NCBI GenBank assembly: GCA_964016885.1
Contig: OZ024743.1
Coordinates: forward strand, 267,964,001 to 268,028,000
Direction of reading: 5' to 3'
DNA from: Eledone cirrhosa
Lineage: Eukaryota
Length of the DNA: 64,000 bases
In this document: piece after piece, positions 61,761 through 64,000 of the stretch
Layout of the letters: every line of letters begins with the position of its first letter
Numbering within the stretch: position 1 is the first letter of the stretch
Position numbers and translations under genes: made by a program
Notes under the pieces: model-generated
Databases searched by the model: none
Seen by the model: only the letters and a program-made list of their open reading frames with translations
Told to the model about the DNA's origin: nothing

Positions 61761-62228
61761 ATTGCGCTGGTGGTGATGATCAGAAAGAGATGTAAAATTA
61801 GTATTTGATAGATAATGTAGTTTTGTGGCTGATACTACTATTTATACCCAGTTAAACCCTAAGGGAAATTACTTATGGTTAGATGTATTTCTGTTGTTTC
61901 AATCCCGTCGATTTCTGGTGGGTATGTAAGCCTCATTATCCAAACTCTATCCCCTCCACATACTGCGTGATTTGCTGATTACTTGGTTACTATTTCTAGA
62001 GAACCTTCCTTGATAGGTATGTGTCTGAGCGTATATATGTTTCCTTCAACAACCATATGTAGATAGACTGCTCAGTTCACTAACGAGATTTGCTATAGAG
62101 TCCCATACATCTAACTATGAGTATAAAAGGAACATTAATTTGTTATCCGAAATCTAATGTAGTTACCAACAGAAGCACACACTCACTCCCTCTGTCTCTC
62201 TCTGTCTCCCCCTCTTTCTCTCTCCCTG

Positions 62229-62299
<71 letters not shown>

Positions 62300-62581
62300 C
62301 ACACACAAACAAACAAGCAAACACATACACATACACTCTCTCAGATAAAATTCACAGACACATGCACATATTCTCACACGCATAAACACACTCACACGCA
62401 CTAAACAACAACACGCACACATATACATACGTATATGCACAAACTTGCACACACGTATTATTTTGTATTTATTTATACATATTCCTTTGTTTAAATATTT
62501 TTATATATCTTTCCTTGTTATGATTGATTCTTAGTTGCATGTTTGCATATATATTTTCCCTTTCCTCATCGATCACTGTCG

Positions 62582-62657
<76 letters not shown>

Positions 62658-62900
62658 CCTCTCTCTCTCTCTCTCTCTCTCTCCATTTCTCCTTTCTGAA
62701 CAACCCCACCCCAACATTCGTACACGCACACTCACACACGCAAACAAACACACACACATATATATATATATACCCTTCCATATGTATATATAGATACAGT
62801 CAGATACATGAATGTATAGATACAAGTGATAGATACAGAGAAATTGTTAGATAGACAGATAGATGATTAGATCGACATCGACGGACAGACAAACAGATAT

Positions 62901-62951
<51 letters not shown>

Positions 62952-62955
62952 TGAT

Positions 62956-63124
<169 letters not shown>

Positions 63125-63642
63125 ATATAGGATTGATAAGATGGGGATAGATGGATGGATAGGTAGATAGATCTGATCGGATCAATGAGCGCTTAATGTA
63201 AGGACGAAAAAATTGTTGAATCATAATTGACTGACGAGCAATCAGACAAAGACACATAATGATTAAGGCAAATACAGAAACATACATACTTACATATAAC
63301 GATTCAGACACAGAGGGAAATACACTGACTGGCATACATGCGAAAATCGATGGAGAACTAAACTAAAATCGAAGACAACCAATACGTCGACAGCCAAGCC
63401 AAAAACACCATCTTGTCTGCGAAGAATCAGTGGCTCTCTGTTTTATTTATTGTATTTTATTTTATTTCATATGACTTTATTTTCTTTTTTTCTTTATCTT
63501 GTGCCTATGTATGTGGCCTTTATTAATCCTGAATTATTGATATAATAACTCGTTAAACGAAGCTATTTCCACTAATATATATATACATATATATATATAT
63601 GTGTGTGTGTGTGTATATGTATATATGTATATATATATGTAT

Positions 63643-63803
<161 letters not shown>

Positions 63804-63873
63804 CATATATATATATATAGATATATGTATATATATATATATATAAATATACATATATCTATATATCTATCTA

Positions 63874-63923
<50 letters not shown>

Positions 63924-64000
63924 CATGATATATATGTATATATATATATGTGTGTGTGTGTTGGTGTGTCTATTTGTGTATGTATATTTATGCATGTGTA

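Noticed and set aside
61451-61795. Poly-Asp ORF with periodic CH (acidic biomineralisation-like protein)
   Set aside because: It is a (GAT)n microsatellite with local duplications starting just after a SINE; no splice or signal-peptide support.

Overview
Eukaryotic, very AT-rich, microsatellite-saturated non-coding DNA. The SINE family and repeat landscape suggest a cephalopod (octopus-like) genome, but this is inference. No host protein-coding exon can be supported, and nearly all ORF-track entries are translations of simple repeats. Recognisable content: four decayed Penelope-like retroelements (PLEs; three with a Naiad-type CxCx5Cx5C linker, one Neptune-type fold-back), an RTE LINE remnant, a CR1-group LINE 3' remnant, a Chapaev3-like DNA transposon, a non-autonomous Helitron, a hAT MITE and about 11 tRNA-derived SINEs. 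The main signal: in the first ~54 kb, many of the 'unique' islands between (TA)n tracts are small non-coding cassettes carrying a type I hammerhead ribozyme (HHR) motif. By eye I count about 35 intact, variant or partial motifs in roughly 15 sequence families. They come in three architectures: a 310-nt tandem array, terminally redundant monomers (438, 533/538, 844 nt) and asymmetric fold-backs with a one-sided tail. Some have unusual cores (CAGAAGA; U3-A8) or very large branched stem II domains. Three of the cassette/ribozyme types are contiguous with PLE coding remnants. This points to a community of PLE-mobilised, (TA)n-targeted, retrozyme-like ribozyme elements. All folds were made by eye and no activity was tested.
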